Shown here: positions 61,608-64,000 of the stretch, piece by piece
Layout of the letters: every line of letters starts with the position of its first letter
Numbering within the stretch: position 1 is the stretch's first letter
Assembly (NCBI GenBank): GCA_002269645.1
Contig: NIVC01000572.1
Location: forward strand, 124,001-188,000
Length of the DNA: 64,000 bases
Reading direction: 5' to 3'
Origin: Macrostomum lignano
Lineage: Eukaryota
Made by a program: the position numbers and the translations under genes
Notes under the pieces: generated by a model
Seen by the model: only the letters and a program-made list of their open reading frames with translations
What the model was told of the DNA's origin: nothing
The model's database searches: none

Positions 61608-63320
61608 GGATTCCACCCACTTCGGCGAAGGAATTTTCGGTGAAATTAAAAAACAGCGAAAGCTGGCCATTTCGAACGGCGAACGATTCGTTAAAATTGA
61701 TCCACTTCGGCGAAGAGTTATTGGAGAGTGCGAGTAATGCGAGTAAGTAAAAAATTAAAAAATGGTGTCTAATATGATACAAACAATTAAAATGAACAAA
61801 TTTGGCAATTAAAATTGATTAATAAGAAATTAAAAGTCGCTTGCGCTTAAACAGTTGAAGTAAAATTAAATAATCTACTCATTGTCATTATACATGTATC
61901 ATAATCACAAAGTTAGGGTGCATTTAGGCGACTACACTTCTCCAACAAGCTCTCAGTTGAGCGCAGACCCCTGCAAAGCGGTGCTCCCGCCACAGATCTA
62001 AAAATATACGCAGGTTCGCGCTTTCGCTGTGCTTTGCGCTGAAATCGTCGCAACTGTCCCTGTGTGCCATCAGCTGAGCATCAACAGCGACGAGTCGAGT
62101 CGGAGACCAAGGGTTGCACATGTCGCCATATGGCTTAGGTGAAGTGGAAGTTACACCCACGCCGTTGCACATGAGGCCACACGGATTCAATTCCACAGCT
62201 GTCAATGCAGTCAGCAGTCCTCGGACTACATGTAGTACTAAGTTCTATAAAGTAGTAGTACATGTAGTTTGTGTATTTTCGCTAGCCTGAAATTGGTCAG
62301 CAACACTGGACGACCGTTGCTCGGCACGATGTGTGAATTGCGAACAACGCAGCGCCAATACGTAGTCTGCTCATGATCCGTGACTGGACGAAAGAAAACT
62401 GTCCATTAACTACTAAAACAGGTTTTTTCTGCTAGAAGCTGCTTCAATAATGTTGAAGTCCGTTGGCTTCTGATTGAGTGGCTCTGCTAGCGGCGGCTCC
62501 AGATGATTGGGCGGCTCTGCTAGCGGCGGCTCCTGATTGGGTGGCTCTGCTAGCAGCGGCTCCTGATTGGGCGGCTCTTCTAGTGGCGGCTCCAACTGAT
62601 TGGGCGGCTCTGCTAGCGGCGGCTCCAGCTGATTGTGCGGCTCTGCTAGCGGCGGCTCCTGATTGGGCGGCTCTCGATTGGCACATGGCTGGCACCACCA
62701 ACTTATCTGTAGGTTATATGTGCATGTACGCATGTACAGAATAAAATATAATATGCAATGAAAAAAACAATGTATGCACATCTGCACTGACAAGCTATAC
62801 ATGTATCTGTACCTTTCTGTATCTGGATATATTGTTGATGCGAAATCCCTGTTCGACATTTTCGATGCTGCCATCCACCACATCCGTCACAGCTGATGGC
62901 ATGTTGACAAGCGCTTACAATTTTCTCACAGAGAAGACATAAATCGCTGGGTGCATTCATGGTTGCTGGGCGCAGAGTTCTATTGTAAGTCGTTTTTTAC
63001 AGAAAAGTCAAGTCGTTTTTATGAGCAACTGAGCATACAGTAATAGTCCAGCAGTGCTATTGTTGTTTAAATAGTGTTCAATCAATTCTAGTGCTTAAAT
63101 TGATGTGTTGGTATGGATCGAGTCAGCGCCAAGCCCCCCCCCCCCCAAATCCATCCATCGATTGCACTTTGTATGTACATAGCTATAGCTAAGTTGTGAG
63201 TTTTTTAAATGTAAAGTACATATATATATTTGAAACTACATGTATAAGTATCTTTTCGCCGAAATGTGCATCTCTGTAAAATAAAAATTTATCTTCGCCG
63301 AAATGGGCTGCACGACACCC
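61608..63320 (-). mobile_element. Internally deleted, decayed Mutator-like (MULE) transposon: PHD finger - Pro-rich repeat - FLYWCH - partial transposase
   Basis: PHD CLLCEK...ISCDGCGGWQHRKC...(intron)...WWCQPC; EPPLAEPPNQ repeats (62470-62675); FLYWCH-like IEAASSRK...YWRCVVRN...CRATV; MULE motif GCNFHFT*AIWRHVQ (~62110-62180). Subterminal CCACTTCGGCGAAG / CTTCGCCGAAATGG inverted motifs. Flanking direct repeat GTAAAGAG at 61600-61607 and 63321-63328 (8/9 over 9 bp). Confidence 0.75.
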
Positions 63321-63500
63321 GTAAAGAGCAGTGGAAGGGAACTTCTTTGATGCATCATATGCGTGATGGCAACTCTATAGCGGTAAAGCCGATTTCCCCC
63401 AGCTTCAGCGATCTACTGCGCATGGTTTCGTCGTGCTCGCAATGCCTTTTAACAATCCCCGGCTAGAATTAGCTTTACCCATGCATGTAAACACACTGCG

Positions 63501-63856
63501 TGTGTACATGTAGCTTAACACCTACGTACGTGTGTGTGTACATGTAGCTTAACACCTACGTACGTGTGTGTGCACATGTAGCTTAACACCTACGTACGTG
63601 TGTGTGTACATGTAGCTTAACACCTACGTACGTGTGTGTGTACATGTAGCTTAACACCTACGTACGTGTGTGTGCACATGTAGCTTAACACCTACGTACG
63701 TGTGTGTGTACATGTAGCTTAACACCTACGTACGTGTGTGTGTACATGTAGCTTAACACCTACGTACGTGTGTGTGTACATGTAGCTTAACACCTACGTA
63801 CGTGTGTGTGTACATGTAGCTTAACACCTACGTACGTGTGTGTGTACATGTAGCTA
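63501..63856. repeat. 34-bp minisatellite (TGTGTACATGTAGCTTAACACCTACGTACGTGTG) x~10
   Basis: Near-perfect tandem copies containing TACATGTA and TACGTA palindromes. Confidence 0.92.
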
Positions 63857-64000
63857 TAATACGAAAAGTACAAAATCTCGGATAATTTTTGCACTCTTTA
63901 GTTTCTGCTTGGCTATTTGAAAGAGTTGCAGTGCAAGCGTTGTAAGAATTTTTCTACAGTCGGTTGACTTAAACAAAAATTGTCATAATCAAACGAATCA

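Noticed and set aside
62813-62960. Intact host PHD-finger gene
   Set aside because: The splice phases are incompatible, the downstream FLYWCH and MULE parts are frameshifted, and the segment lies within TSD-flanked transposon ends.

Overview
Eukaryotic (animal) genomic DNA that is rich in repeats and transposons. The gene style and the abundant 20-35 bp minisatellites suggest a flatworm such as Macrostomum lignano (inference, not verified). Spliced gene models read from the sequence: a 5' exon of an AUTS2/FBRSL1/tay-family gene (-), an atypical rhodopsin-class peptide-type GPCR (-), GOPC/PIST (+, 4 exons), a heat-shock factor (+, 2 exons), a DxD GT32 glycosyltransferase (-, 2 exons), a weakly supported hypothetical gene (+) and ARF1 (-, 2 exons). 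Mobile DNA: a complete BEL/Pao LTR retrotransposon with identical 222-bp LTRs nested in a hAT MITE, a tRNA-derived SINE with a 14-bp TSD, RTE/RTE-X LINE fragments, several MITEs, a 590-bp intronic foldback element and a decayed PHD-FLYWCH-MULE transposon. About 20 different tandem arrays are present. The most unusual signals are: introns that are each filled by their own private minisatellite; a 24-bp repeat that appears to have evolved as an octapeptide-coding sequence; a GPCR lacking R3.50 and Y7.53; and a block-wise CpG-poor, TAG-rich mosaic with recurrent TACATGTA and TAGGCCTA palindromes. All coordinates and counts were derived by hand, and no searches were run.
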